Shown: in pieces, positions 10,396 through 20,373 of the stretch
Layout of the letters: every line of letters starts with the position of its first letter
Numbering within the stretch: position 1 is the first letter of the stretch
NCBI GenBank assembly: GCA_030740155.1
Contig: JASLXV010000038.1
Location: forward strand, 1 to 64,000
DNA: 64,000 bases
Direction: 5' to 3'
DNA from: Dehalococcoidia bacterium
GTDB taxonomy: Bacteria; Chloroflexota; Dehalococcoidia; Lucifugimonadales; UBA3495
The notes under the pieces: model-generated
Databases searched by the model: none
Told to the model about the DNA's origin: nothing
The model's input: only the letters and a program-made list of their open reading frames with translations
Program-made: the position numbers and the translations under genes

Positions 10396-11493
10396 TCAAT
10401 TGCTCCCTGGTAACGTGATTGCCTTGGTGACGGCATACCCCCCGTAGGCGCCCCAACCGGCGGAGAAGCCGACCCACCACTGGGACTCGCCGCCCACCAC
10501 GGCGACATGGATGTCATCCGGCGTCTCCACCATCGGGAGTATGGCGTCGTCGGGGAGGTTAAATGGGTTCGGCGGGTCGTCAACCGCGTGACCCCAATAG
10601 TGCTGGTCTCCGACCTGCCCGACCAGGATGCCGCTCTGCTTCAGCCACCCCACGTTGTACCCGGCGTTCTTCCAGAGCCACTCCTTCAGGGCTTCCTTGG
10701 AGTAGCCGCCCCGGTCCAGCTCTTGGGCCACCTTACCGCTGAAGGAAATGAGACACTGCCCCGCCGAGTGGAACATGTTGATGGCCACCGTGGGCAGGGA
10801 GCAAGCAAGCACCTTCAGAATGCGCTCCGCCTTGCCCGGCGCGAACAGGGGGTTTGGTGACTGGCAGGCGAAGACCGTCACCGCGTTCTGGTCCCGGTCC
10901 ATGCCGGCCCGCTCTTCGTGCAGCAGGGTCCAGGGGCTGGATTCTTCGTTCTCCGCCACGCAGAAGGAGAACTTGGCGGGGCTGCCCAGGGTGGACATGT
11001 CGGTGACGCCGGGGATACCGCCGCCGATGTTCCAAAGCACCAGCCGGACCGCCCGGCCGATGGCGGCGTTGGCGCGGGACCCGCCCCCGAAGGCCCCCTC
11101 CCGGACGTTGAAGCCCAGGTCCCGGGCGATGGGGCCGTTGACGATAACCAGGGGGGAGCAGGGGTTGGTGGTCGACTGGACGCCGTGGAGGTTGAACTCC
11201 GGCTCCAGCATTGCCTCGATGGCCGCGATGACCACCGGCACCATTTGGGGGGTGCATCCGGCCATGACGCAGTTGATGGCCACCTGCTCGATGGTGGCCA
11301 CCCCCTTTTGGGGCTCGATGACGCCGAGGGATTCCTGGGGGTCGCGGCCCAGGTAGTCGATGACGGCGCCGACCCGGTCCTCCGTGGGCGGGCAGAGGGG
11401 CAGGCCGTCGGTCCAGCCCTGGCTCAGGGCCAGCTCGAAGAACTCCCAGTAGTCGGCGATGTCCGCGGCGGGCGAAGAGTAACGGCCAGCCAT
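10396..11493 (-). CDS. Uncharacterised protein, stand-alone copy of the large domain associated with UGSC selenoproteins
   Basis: Shares motifs GWTDGLP..PPT, E.VAIN.VMAGC.P, NGPI, RANAAIGRA..L...N.GG and C.AENEE.SPW with 18644..19996, 20695..22038 and 22366..23475. Confidence 0.85.
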   Translation of the reverse strand: MAGRYSSPAADIADYWEFFELALSQGWTDGLPLCPPTEDRVGAVIDYLGRDPQESLGVIEPQKGVATIEQVAINCVMAGCTPQMVPVVIAAIEAMLEPEFNLHGVQSTTNPCSPLVIVNGPIARDLGFNVREGAFGGGSRANAAIGRAVRLVLWNIGGGIPGVTDMSTLGSPAKFSFCVAENEESSPWTLLHEERAGMDRDQNAVTVFACQSPNPLFAPGKAERILKVLACSLPTVAINMFHSAGQCLISFSGKVAQELDRGGYSKEALKEWLWKNAGYNVGWLKQSGILVGQVGDQHYWGHAVDDPPNPFNLPDDAILPMVETPDDIHVAVVGGESQWWVGFSAGWGAYGGYAVTKAITLPGSN

Positions 11494-11861
11494 CGTAGTT
11501 TGTCTCCTGAAGCAGATGGGGCGAGCTTCCCAGCTTTTCTAGGCGAAGGGAGCCGGTCGGGACGGGCGCCGGGCCCGGCAGAAGTAGCGTAGGGGGCGTG
11601 GTCAGCCCTGTCAAGTGGCGTTAGGGAGTGACGCAGGGCCTTCTAATTGTCACCCGGAGCGCCGGCGAAAGGTAGCGGCGCACCACGTCTGAGATGCCTC
11701 GCTTCGCCTAGCGTGACAGTTTGGTTCGTGGCCCGTGTACAATACTCGGGAAGCGGCTCGGGCCAGCCGGTTTCGGGCGGGTTTCAGAATTAATAGGCCC
11801 GCTCCGGAGCCTCTCGCCCGGTCGAGGACCGGGCCTATGCAACCGCAAGCGGAGGTCGGAC

Positions 11862-12465
11862 ATGCAGTTCGGATTCGTGCCACGTCGTTTGATGGGAAAT
11901 CCCGGAGACGTGGACCCTTCCCGCCCCTTCGATGAATGGATCAAAATCCTCCGATCATTGTCCCCAGCCAAGCCCACCGGTCGGCCGAGCGCGCCGGCCG
12001 CATTGCCGACGGCATCTGCATCGCCCCGCGGTGGGCCACACCGAGGTGGCGGCGCTGGCCAAGACCTTCAGGGAGGCGTACGCGGCGGTCCATCACGAGC
12101 AGCCCACCTACGTGAACGCCAGGCGCGACTTTATATTGGGTCCGGACCCGAGGGAAGCCTCGGTTCAGGCGGGACGCAACGAGCCGTACTTTCAATTCGG
12201 TCCCGGCCACCGGTACATAATTGGCGGGCTGCAAGAGTCGACGACGGTCGATCTGCACCTGGCCAAAGTGGAAGATGACGCCACGGGCTTCGCTTTTTGC
12301 GGCGCCTACCAGGACATGGCCGAGCAGTTTGCCAAAGTGCAGGATGAGGCAGGGTTGACCCACGCGACTTGCTCTTTCTACAACCTGCCCGGCAGCTTCC
12401 CGGCGCGGCTGGAGTTCCTCCAAGGCTTTGGAGAAGAGGTGATTCAGAAGCTTCGCCAGTCCTGA
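11862..12465 (+). pseudogene. Decayed LLM-class oxidoreductase (internal deletion and frameshifts)
   Basis: GGAGG RBS then MQFGFVP in one frame, AERAGRIADGICIAP in a second frame, and an LLM C-terminus (FLQGFGEEVIQKLR) in a third. Total length is only about 600 nt. Confidence 0.65.
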
Positions 12466-12783
12466 CCGGATCGGAGCCGGTCCGGTTCCCTGCCGTTCTA
12501 AAAGTGATGCCAGGTGGACGCCGAGACAGCGGCCGGCCGCTAGGGTGTACATTATCTACGGCGCCAAGCTGAAGGGACGCAGCGGGGCGCCAGAGACGCG
12601 CCGGGCGTGGACGCGATCATTGACGGGAGACTTAATCCGCGGGGTTCCCACGGGCGAAACCGGTTGGTATCCTTCATAGGGAAATCTCCGGCATCCCAAC
12701 CGCGCAACGGGTTCGCGGCCGGGGCGCCCAAGATGCCTGGCAATTGAAGACTGGGTCCCCAACTGACACTGGAGGTTACGACT

Positions 12784-14133
12784 ATCACAAGCGGCAGCGG
12801 TCCCACCTCGAAGCTATGTCGCTGGGTGTGTTCCACCCGGCACCAGGACCTGCCCGCCGAGGTGCGGGAAGAGACGTTGACCCTCCTGTACGATCAGGTG
12901 GGCTGCATGATCGCCAGCGCCACCCTGCCATCGTGCCAACCCGTGGTGGACCTGGTGGTCAAACTGGGCGGCCCCGAGGAATGCACGATCGTGGGTCACC
13001 CGGTGCGGACCTCGGTGTTGAACGCCGCCCTGGCCAACGGCGCCATCGGACACGGCGACGAGGTGGACCCCACGGGCCAACGGGGCACCGGGCACTACGC
13101 CGCCACCACGGTGCCGACGGCCCTCAGCGTCGGGCAGTACGTGGGGGCATCGGGTGAGGAGTTTGTCCGGGCCCTGGCCCTGGGGTCTGAGGTGGCCGCC
13201 CGTTGTCAGAGCGTCCTGGCGCACTACGGAACGAGAGAGCAGTTTGTCGCCAGTGTGGGCGGCACTCTCGGCGCCGCGGTTGTCGCAGGGCTGTTGCTCG
13301 GGCTGGACGCCGACGGCATGGAGCACGCCTTGGGGTTGGCCGCCTCCGGAGCCTGCGGTATTTCCTGCCATCATCTTGAGGAGTTGCACCAGATCAAGTC
13401 GCTGAACCACGGCCGGGCCGCGCAAGCGGGTGTCCTCTCCGCGCTGTTGGCCCAGCAGGGCTTCCACGGCCCGCCAGAAGTCCTGACCGTGGAAAACGGG
13501 TTCTTCGACGCTTTCCTGGGGCTGCCGTGGGCCGGCAACGATGTGGCCCAGGGGCTGGGAGAGGAGTACCTGATGCGGCAGATCGCCTACAAGCGTCACC
13601 CGGTGGGCGGCCCCGACCAGACTCCGGTGTACGCCCTCCTGGAGTTGATGAAGGCCCACAACCTGGGCGCCGATGACATCATGGAAATCCAGGTATCGGT
13701 ATCCCGTCACGCCTTCCATATCGTCATGACCAACCAACACCCATCCGTGCACATGGAGACGGTCCTCTCTCTGGCCGCGGTGTACGGAGAGGTAGCTTTC
13801 AAGCACATACACGACCCCATCTATCGCCAGGACCCTCGGTTCAAGGCCTTCCGGGAGAGGGCCCGCATCCTTATCATCCCCCGCCCGCAACCGGCCACCT
13901 TCGGAGACCGGTTGGAGATGGGTATCACGGTGCGGACCCAAGCCGGGGAGACGCTGCGGCAAGACCTCCGCTACCCCCTGATGACCGCTGAAGAGATACA
14001 ACAGAAGTTCCGAGGCCTGGTGGGAATGCGGCTCGGCGGCGACCAGGTCTCCGCCCTGGAGCGGAAACTGAAAGAGGTCGAGACGGTCGCCGACGTTGCC
14101 CCGCTAATCAACGATCTCCAAATTGGCTACTGA
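12784..14133 (+). CDS. MmgE/PrpD family protein (start uncertain)
   Basis: DLPAEVRE, NAALANGAIGHGDEVD, IKSLNHGRAA..GV.SALLAQQGFHGP, YKRHP. The frame is open upstream of GTG 12826 back to a GGAGG at 12771. Confidence 0.85.
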   Translation: MTSGSGPTSKLCRWVCSTRHQDLPAEVREETLTLLYDQVGCMIASATLPSCQPVVDLVVKLGGPEECTIVGHPVRTSVLNAALANGAIGHGDEVDPTGQRGTGHYAATTVPTALSVGQYVGASGEEFVRALALGSEVAARCQSVLAHYGTREQFVASVGGTLGAAVVAGLLLGLDADGMEHALGLAASGACGISCHHLEELHQIKSLNHGRAAQAGVLSALLAQQGFHGPPEVLTVENGFFDAFLGLPWAGNDVAQGLGEEYLMRQIAYKRHPVGGPDQTPVYALLELMKAHNLGADDIMEIQVSVSRHAFHIVMTNQHPSVHMETVLSLAAVYGEVAFKHIHDPIYRQDPRFKAFRERARILIIPRPQPATFGDRLEMGITVRTQAGETLRQDLRYPLMTAEEIQQKFRGLVGMRLGGDQVSALERKLKEVETVADVAPLINDLQIGY

Positions 14134-14196
14134 CTGCCCGGTCAATGCATTGGTGACCCTCGCCAGAGCAACCCCAGGAGAGGTTTCTTGAAGGGG

Positions 14197-14233
14197 TCTG
14201 GGGGAACTTCTTTTCCAAAAGAAGTTCCCCCAG
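14197..14233. repeat. Intergenic palindrome / possible terminator or REP
   Basis: CTGGGGGAACTTCTTTTCCAAAAGAAGTTCCCCCAG perfect long hairpin. Confidence 0.55.
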
Positions 14234-14270
14234 ATAAAGACCGTCCCAGCATCTGACACCGGAGGATAAA

Positions 14271-15620
14271 ATGGACAAGATCACCGAATACCTGAGTTCC
14301 TACGCAGCATCCCTGAAGTTCTCCGATCTACCCCCGCATGTCGTCGAGAAGACGAAGCGGGTTATGCTGGACACCCTCGGGTGTGCCCTGGGGGGCTACA
14401 CCAGCGAGCCCAGCAAGATCGCCCGGTCGATGGCGGAGGTCACCTGCGCTCGTCCGGCCACCGTCATCGGCAGCGGGCAGAAGACCACCCCCGACCTGGC
14501 TACCTTCGCCAACGGGGTGATGATCCGCTACCTGGACTTCAACGACATCGTCCTCTCCAAGCGCGGCGCCGGCCACCACAGCGACGATATCGCCGCCGTT
14601 CTGTCTCCTGTCGAGGTGGTCCACGGAAGCGGCCGGGACGCGATCACCGCTACGGTCCTCGCCTACGAGGTCAACTGCGCTTTTACCGAGCAGATCGACA
14701 TTCGGGCCGGGGGTTGGGACGCTTCGGTATTCGGTGTGATCGCCTGTGGGGTGGCGGCGGCCAAGGGCTTTGGCCTGAGCAAGGATGAGATTGCCCATAC
14801 CGTCAACCTGAGCGTGGTGCCCAATATGGGCCTCTTCCAGGCCCGCATCGGCGCGGTCTCCCATTGGAAGGGAGTGGCCATGGCCAACGCCGCCCGCAAC
14901 GGGGTCTTCGCCGCCCTCCTCGCCGCCAAGGGGATGACCGGGCCGGACCCCATATTCGAAGGCCCCGGCGGGCTCTTCAACGCAGCCACCGGTCCCTTCG
15001 GTCTGGACCCGTTCGGCGGCGACGGCCGGCCCTTCGCAATCCTGGGGGCCACACTCAAGCACTTTCCACTGGGCTCCGTGGCCCAGACGGCGGTGGAGGC
15101 GGCCATCAGAATACGTCCGAAGCTGGCGAGTCTCGATGACATCCAGGAGATCCACGTCGAGACTTCCGGCCCGATCATGTCCGGAGACCCGGAAAAGTGG
15201 GACCCTCAGACGCGAGAGGCGGCCGACCACAGCATGCCGTACAGCGTGGTGGCGGCCCTACGTTACGGTCCGGTTCAGGTCCACCACTACCTCCCCGAGT
15301 ACTTCCGAGACCCCAAGAACCTGGAGTTGATGCAGAAGGTCACGGTGGAGGTGACGGAGGAGGGACGCCGCTCTCGGCCGGACGGAAGCCTGAATGTGGT
15401 GGAGGTGGTCACCAAATCAGGGGAGCGCTACAAAGAGCGGGAGGCCTACCACCGGGGGCACCCCAAGAACCCCATGACCGACGAGGAGATGGAAGCGAAG
15501 TTCCGGTCCATGGCCCGGGTGCTGCTCAGCGAGCGGCAGGTTCAGCTGGTGTTGGAACGGCTGTGGAACTTGGAGCAGGTCGATGACCTCGGAGATGTGT
15601 TGGAGCTTCTCGCGGTGTAG
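14271..15620 (+). CDS. MmgE/PrpD family protein (2-methylcitrate dehydratase-like)
   Basis: FANGVMIRYLDFND, H.SDDI, SHWKG.A.ANAARNGVFAALLA..GMTGP, TREAADHSMPY, GHPKNP. Confidence 0.92.
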   Translation: MDKITEYLSSYAASLKFSDLPPHVVEKTKRVMLDTLGCALGGYTSEPSKIARSMAEVTCARPATVIGSGQKTTPDLATFANGVMIRYLDFNDIVLSKRGAGHHSDDIAAVLSPVEVVHGSGRDAITATVLAYEVNCAFTEQIDIRAGGWDASVFGVIACGVAAAKGFGLSKDEIAHTVNLSVVPNMGLFQARIGAVSHWKGVAMANAARNGVFAALLAAKGMTGPDPIFEGPGGLFNAATGPFGLDPFGGDGRPFAILGATLKHFPLGSVAQTAVEAAIRIRPKLASLDDIQEIHVETSGPIMSGDPEKWDPQTREAADHSMPYSVVAALRYGPVQVHHYLPEYFRDPKNLELMQKVTVEVTEEGRRSRPDGSLNVVEVVTKSGERYKEREAYHRGHPKNPMTDEEMEAKFRSMARVLLSERQVQLVLERLWNLEQVDDLGDVLELLAV

Positions 15621-15622
15621 CG

Positions 15623-15684
15623 GGTGGTTCGACAGGCTCACCACGAACGGGTGAAATCCGTTCGCCCTGAGCCTGTCGAAGGGC
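15623..15684. repeat. REP-like element (TTCGACAGGCTCA / CTGAGCCTGTCGAAG) between convergent genes
   Basis: Same family as 2664-2727. Confidence 0.75.
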
Positions 15685-15732
15685 TCAACCTCAAACCTGG
15701 CTGCTTCTCCGATGGGCCGCTTGTCGCGCCGG

Positions 15733-16944
15733 TCACAATAGGGCAATCCCCTGCTTGAACCGCGACTCCATGGCTTTCCCGATCTTCAGCCGGGCAATGG
15801 ATTGGGTCCCGCCGGCGTGGTGCAGCATCACCATCGCATCCCGCACGTACTTCTCCATGGGCAGGTCCCGCATTACGCCCACGCCCCCGAACAGTTCCAT
15901 GGCCGATAGGGTGATCTTCAGACTCGCGTCGGCGCAGAAGGCCTTGCAGGCACTGGCCAAAACCCCGTCTGGTTCCTTGTAAGAGGAGGTCCAAGCCGTC
16001 CGCCATACCAGGGTCCTCGCTGCCTGAAGGGTGATGTAGAGGTCCGCCAGGATAGTTTGCACCGCCTGGTGCTGGATAATGAACTTGCCGCCCTGGAACC
16101 GATCGTTGGCGAATTTCACGGCGGCGTCGAACGCGGCCCGCGCGACGGCCATTGTATGGGCTGAAAGCTCAACATTACTTGTGGTGCTCATATAGGTCTC
16201 CGCGGAGGCGCCTCCCGCCTTCCCGCCGAGCAGGTCTTCCGCCGGGATTTTCACGTTCTCGAAGATCAGTTCGGCCTGGGGATAGGCCCTGAAGCCAACC
16301 TTGTCGTGGGTGCGGCCGATGCTGAACCCCGGCGTGTCGCGGGGCACGATGAAGTGGCTCAGTCCCAGGGACTGGTTCACCGTGGGGTCCGTCCGGGCCT
16401 TGATGATATACAGCTTGGCCACCGGGCCATGGGCGATCAGGTGCTTCATGCCGTTCAGGACGTAGTGGTCCCCCTTTCGCTCCGCGCGGAGCATGATGCC
16501 CTGGCCCGGCGGAGGATCGTAGTAGCCCACGTTATCTGAGCCCGAATTGGGCTCGGTGTTGGCTTGGGCCAGGACGAAGGTGTCGTCCTCCACGAATTGG
16601 GGAATGTACCGCTTCTTCTGGTCCTCGGTGCCTCCCAGGTAGAGATGCCGCGAGGCCTTCCAGCATTGGCTGAAGATCTTGCAGCAGCTCATGTCGGCGT
16701 AGGCCAGTTCGTCGATCATCACCACCTGGGTGAGGAGGTTGGCCCCCACGCCCCCCCACTCGGGAGGCAACGCCATGGTGCGAAAACCCAGCTTGGACCC
16801 CTTCTTTACCATGTCCCAGGGAAAGCTCTCCCGGACATCCATCCGGTCCAGTTCCACGGCAATGGGGCGGATCTCATTCTCAGCGAAGTCGTGGGCCAGG
16901 CTTTGCAATGCCTTTTGTTCCTCGGTCAGCTCGAAATCCAACAC
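15733..16944 (-). CDS. Acyl-CoA dehydrogenase
   Basis: TEPNSGSD, LNGMKH.I, RFQGGK.IIQHQAV, ELFGGVG.MRDLPMEKYVRDA. Confidence 0.92.
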   Translation of the reverse strand: MLDFELTEEQKALQSLAHDFAENEIRPIAVELDRMDVRESFPWDMVKKGSKLGFRTMALPPEWGGVGANLLTQVVMIDELAYADMSCCKIFSQCWKASRHLYLGGTEDQKKRYIPQFVEDDTFVLAQANTEPNSGSDNVGYYDPPPGQGIMLRAERKGDHYVLNGMKHLIAHGPVAKLYIIKARTDPTVNQSLGLSHFIVPRDTPGFSIGRTHDKVGFRAYPQAELIFENVKIPAEDLLGGKAGGASAETYMSTTSNVELSAHTMAVARAAFDAAVKFANDRFQGGKFIIQHQAVQTILADLYITLQAARTLVWRTAWTSSYKEPDGVLASACKAFCADASLKITLSAMELFGGVGVMRDLPMEKYVRDAMVMLHHAGGTQSIARLKIGKAMESRFKQGIALL

Positions 16945-16990
16945 CTTTCGCCTCCCAATGATGACGTGCTCGGGAAACCGTTGCCGGGCT

Positions 16991-18055
16991 TCAGCCGGCC
17001 ATTCGCCGAAGCTCGCGGCGGATGAAGTTCCCCACCTGGGTGGTGGAGAGATTGCCCCCGAGATCGGGCGTGGTGTAGCCGGTCTTCACGGCCTCCGCCA
17101 CGGCCGACTCGACCATCATGGCCGCTTCCGCGTGCCCGGCGTGCTCCAGGAGCATACTCCCGGCGAGGATGGCGGCCATGGGATTGGCCACCTTCTTTCC
17201 AATGATGTCGGGCCCGGTGCCGTGAATCGGCTCGAAGTAGCAGAAATGACGGTTGGGGTTGAAGCAGCCCGTGGGGGACAGGCCCCGGCCACCCTGGATG
17301 GCCCCGGCGATGTCGCTAAGAATGTCCCCCGCCCGGTTCTCAGCCACGATGACCTGGAGCTGTTCCGGCGAGATCAACATCGCGTAGGCCAGGGTGTCTA
17401 CGTGGGTATGGTGCTGCTCGATCTTCGGGTACCCCTCCCCCACCTCCTGGAACGTCCGGCCCCACAGGCCGTTCGGCAGCCCCTTCTCGGCCATGTCAAT
17501 GCGGCTGTGGCCGTGCTGATGGGCGTAGTCGAAGGCGTATTCGATGATGCGGCGCACCCCTTTGGCCGTGTTGATCTCCGGCCGGATCTCCACCTCGTCG
17601 GGTGTGCCAACCTTGAGGGTGCCGGCACTGCCCGACTCATAGCCTTCGGTGTTCTCCCGGAAGACCACGAAGTCGATATCCTGTTCCGTCTTTCCTTTCA
17701 GGGGAGTCAGGCTGGCGTCCAGGAGCCGGCAGGGCCGCAGGTTGGCGTATAGGTCGAGGCGCCGGCGCAGCCCCCGCAAGACCGGGCTGGCCACTTGATC
17801 CGGAGGGACCCGGGGGTCGGTGCCTGCGGCGCCGAACAGGGCGGTGTCGAAGCGATCGGGCAGGCCGTCGATGATCTGGTCGATGTCGTCGGGGATGGCT
17901 TGGCCGGTCTTCAGGTACCGTTCGGCGCCGAAATCGAAGAACTCGAACTCAAGCCCAAGGTGGAAGAGTCTGTCGACGGCCTTGAGGACCTTCACCGCTT
18001 CCGGGACCACCTCGTTCCCGATACCGTCGCCGGGGATCACGGCAATCCTGGTCAT
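16991..18055 (-). CDS. Isocitrate/isopropylmalate/tartrate dehydrogenase family protein
   Basis: IAVIPGDGIGNEV, DLYANLRP, RENTEG, GDILSD, FEPIHG..PDI, TPDLGG. Start MTRI after a GAGG RBS. Confidence 0.9.
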   Translation of the reverse strand: MTRIAVIPGDGIGNEVVPEAVKVLKAVDRLFHLGLEFEFFDFGAERYLKTGQAIPDDIDQIIDGLPDRFDTALFGAAGTDPRVPPDQVASPVLRGLRRRLDLYANLRPCRLLDASLTPLKGKTEQDIDFVVFRENTEGYESGSAGTLKVGTPDEVEIRPEINTAKGVRRIIEYAFDYAHQHGHSRIDMAEKGLPNGLWGRTFQEVGEGYPKIEQHHTHVDTLAYAMLISPEQLQVIVAENRAGDILSDIAGAIQGGRGLSPTGCFNPNRHFCYFEPIHGTGPDIIGKKVANPMAAILAGSMLLEHAGHAEAAMMVESAVAEAVKTGYTTPDLGGNLSTTQVGNFIRRELRRMAG

Positions 18056-18134
18056 CGTTTGCCACCTCGCTTCGGTGCGCTGGGCGCTCTTGTAGCCCTC
18101 TGTATATTCTTTGGCGGCGGCCCAGTCAAGCTCC

Positions 18135-18203
18135 GATGCCCTCACCCTCGGTCCCTCTCCCGCGGGAGAGGGATGCCCTGGCGCAGCCTGGGCTGGGTGA
18201 GGG
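18135..18203. repeat. REP-like element (CCCTCACCC...CCCTCTCCC..GGGAGAGGG family), about 70 bp
   Basis: A near-identical copy lies at 33142-33211. Confidence 0.75.
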
Positions 18204-18240
18204 TGGTGGCCGGCAAGCTCCGGTCACTGAGAAGTTGATC

Positions 18241-18270
18241 TTGACACTTTGACTGAGGTGGCGGTAACCT
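18241..18270 (+). promoter_or_regulatory. Sigma70-type promoter of the first UGSC fusion gene
   Basis: TTGACA-N18-TAACCT, with the same architecture at 20062-20091. Confidence 0.55.
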
Positions 18271-18331
18271 GAGCGCGCCAGGCATCGCCACCCGTAGCCT
18301 GATCAGCATCCATTAGTGAAGGAGACCCAAC

Positions 18332-19996
18332 ATGCCCGGAGATTTTGAAGTTTTGAACCCGGTGGCCCAGCTGGCCTCGGAGCTGGGTGTGCCGCCGCCC
18401 GCTCCACAGCGGCCGCGCACCCTCGAAGGCGCCCGGGTGGGCCTGTACTGGAACCGCAAGCCGGGAGGCAACTACGCCCTGGAACGGGTGGAGCAGCGGC
18501 TCAAAGAGCGTTTTCCCGGCATGGTGACCAACTTCTTTCACGGCCGAAGGCCGATCTCCGCGGACCTCATGAACGACATCAAAGAGTCCTGCGACGTTGT
18601 GGTGGGCGCCACTGCGGATTGAGGCTCCTGCACGTCGTACCTTGTGCACGACATGATTGAGATGGAGCAAGCCGGCCTCCCCACCGTGGCCGTCACCGCC
18701 CGGGGTTTTGAGTCCGACTTCAAGGCTTCCGCCCGCGTATTCGGGTTCCCCCAGCTTCCCTTCGTGGTGATTCCGTACACCATGACCAGCCGCAGCCGCG
18801 AAGAAGCGGCCACCGATCTGGACGGAGTGTTCGACGAGTTGGCCCGGATCCTGGTCACCGAGCCTCCCCCTCCGGCCCGCACCAAGAAGGGCACAGTGGT
18901 CGCGGCGGCGCTGGAGCGGTTCAGCGGCGCCGACCGCCATGAAGGCTGGGAGAAGTTCAACGCCGACTTCTTGGACCGGGAGCTGGGCGATGGCTTTCCA
19001 CTCATCGCTCCCACACCGGGGTTGGTGGATGCCTTCCTGAAGTCGGTCAAACGAGACCCGTTGGAGGTGCTGGGGCATCTGGCGCCCGGCGACGGCGCCG
19101 CCACCGTGGAGAAGGTGGCGATCAACGCCGCCATGGCCGGATGCAAGCCGGAGCACCTCCCCATTCTGATCGCCGCCGTCGAGGCGATTACCCAAACGCC
19201 TCAGAACATCTTCCCATCCCGCACCATCGCCATCTCCACGGGGCCCCACGCGATGATGCTGGTGCTCAACGGGCCCATCATCAAACAGCTCGGCATCAAC
19301 TCGGGCCGCTGCACCCTGGGTCCGGGCAAGCTCGGCCAGGTCAACACCGCGCTGGGAAGGGCGCTGCGGCTCATTCTGATGAACGTGGGCCACTGCTATC
19401 CGGGCAGCGGAGACATGGACACCATCGGCAGCCCGCTGAAGTACAGCATGTGCGTCGCGGAGAACGAGGACCAGAACCCCTGGGAGCCCTTCCACGTGGA
19501 AAAGGGCTTCGAGAGGGAGCAGAGCACCGTCACCGTCTTCGGCACTATCGACGTCATCCACAACTCCAACTACAAGCGGGAATCCGACCAGCTCCTCATG
19601 GCCTGGGCGGCCCGGGTCTCATCGTCCGGCGCCTACCCGCCGCTGATCCCCAGCCGGTCGGAGTTTGACGATTCCCACTTCACCATGCTGATGTGCCCTG
19701 ACCATGCTCGGGTCCTGGCCCAGGACGGCCACACCAAGGCGTCCATCCGGGAGTACATCTCCCAGAACGCCAAGAGCCCGCTCAAGTACGTGCTGGCCAG
19801 CACGCTGGTGTCCCTGGACTCGTTGTCCGCGGATCTCCAGTGGATCCTGCAGCTCGACCCCGACACTCTGGTGTCCACCGCGCCGGACCCGGAAACCGTC
19901 AATCTGCTGGTGGTCGGCGGACCGACCGGGAAGAGTGATCTGGTACGGAACATTGGGGCGCCCACCATCACCAAAGAGATCTGCGGCACCGCCTAA
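18332..19996 (+). CDS. UGSC-family selenoprotein fused to a large uncharacterised domain (554 aa, Sec at residue 97)
   Basis: ORFs 18332..18622 and 18644..19996 are in one frame, separated only by TGA 18620-18622. Read-through gives ATAD-U-GSCTSYLVHDM. AAGGAG RBS at the start. Confidence 0.88.
18634..18652 (+). promoter_or_regulatory. Candidate bacterial SECIS hairpin
   Basis: GTCGT-ACCTTGTGC-ACGAC starts 11 nt after the UGA. Confidence 0.55.
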
Positions 19997-20061
19997 TCAA
20001 CGGGCGGCGGAACGGCGGGAAACGAGGCCGCCGGCCCGCTGCCCGGGCGCCAATTCGGTTC

Positions 20062-20091
20062 TTGACACCCAGAACTGCGTGGCGGTAATCT
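20062..20091 (+). promoter_or_regulatory. Sigma70-type promoter of the second UGSC fusion gene
   Basis: TTGACA-N18-TAATCT. It shares GTGGCGGTAA with the 18241 promoter. Confidence 0.55.
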
Positions 20092-20373
20092 AGCCACGGC
20101 AGGCAACGCCGCCCGTGGGAACTGTACGGCCTCTTGAACGGTCAATGGCGAGTTGATGATCGGAAGTGGTTACCGGGCCTTGAACAAGTTGCAATTCCCG
20201 GCGACGAGGGAGTGCCCCTGTATCCCCCTTTGGTAAAGGGGGATACAGGGGGATTTGGCGCATCGATCGAGCACGTCCGCCTACTCAAAGGCCATTGCTT
20301 GGAAAAGGATGGGACCCTGACGGCCGAGGCCGATTCTGAAAAACTTTCCCAGACAGAAGGAAGGAGACCTGAT

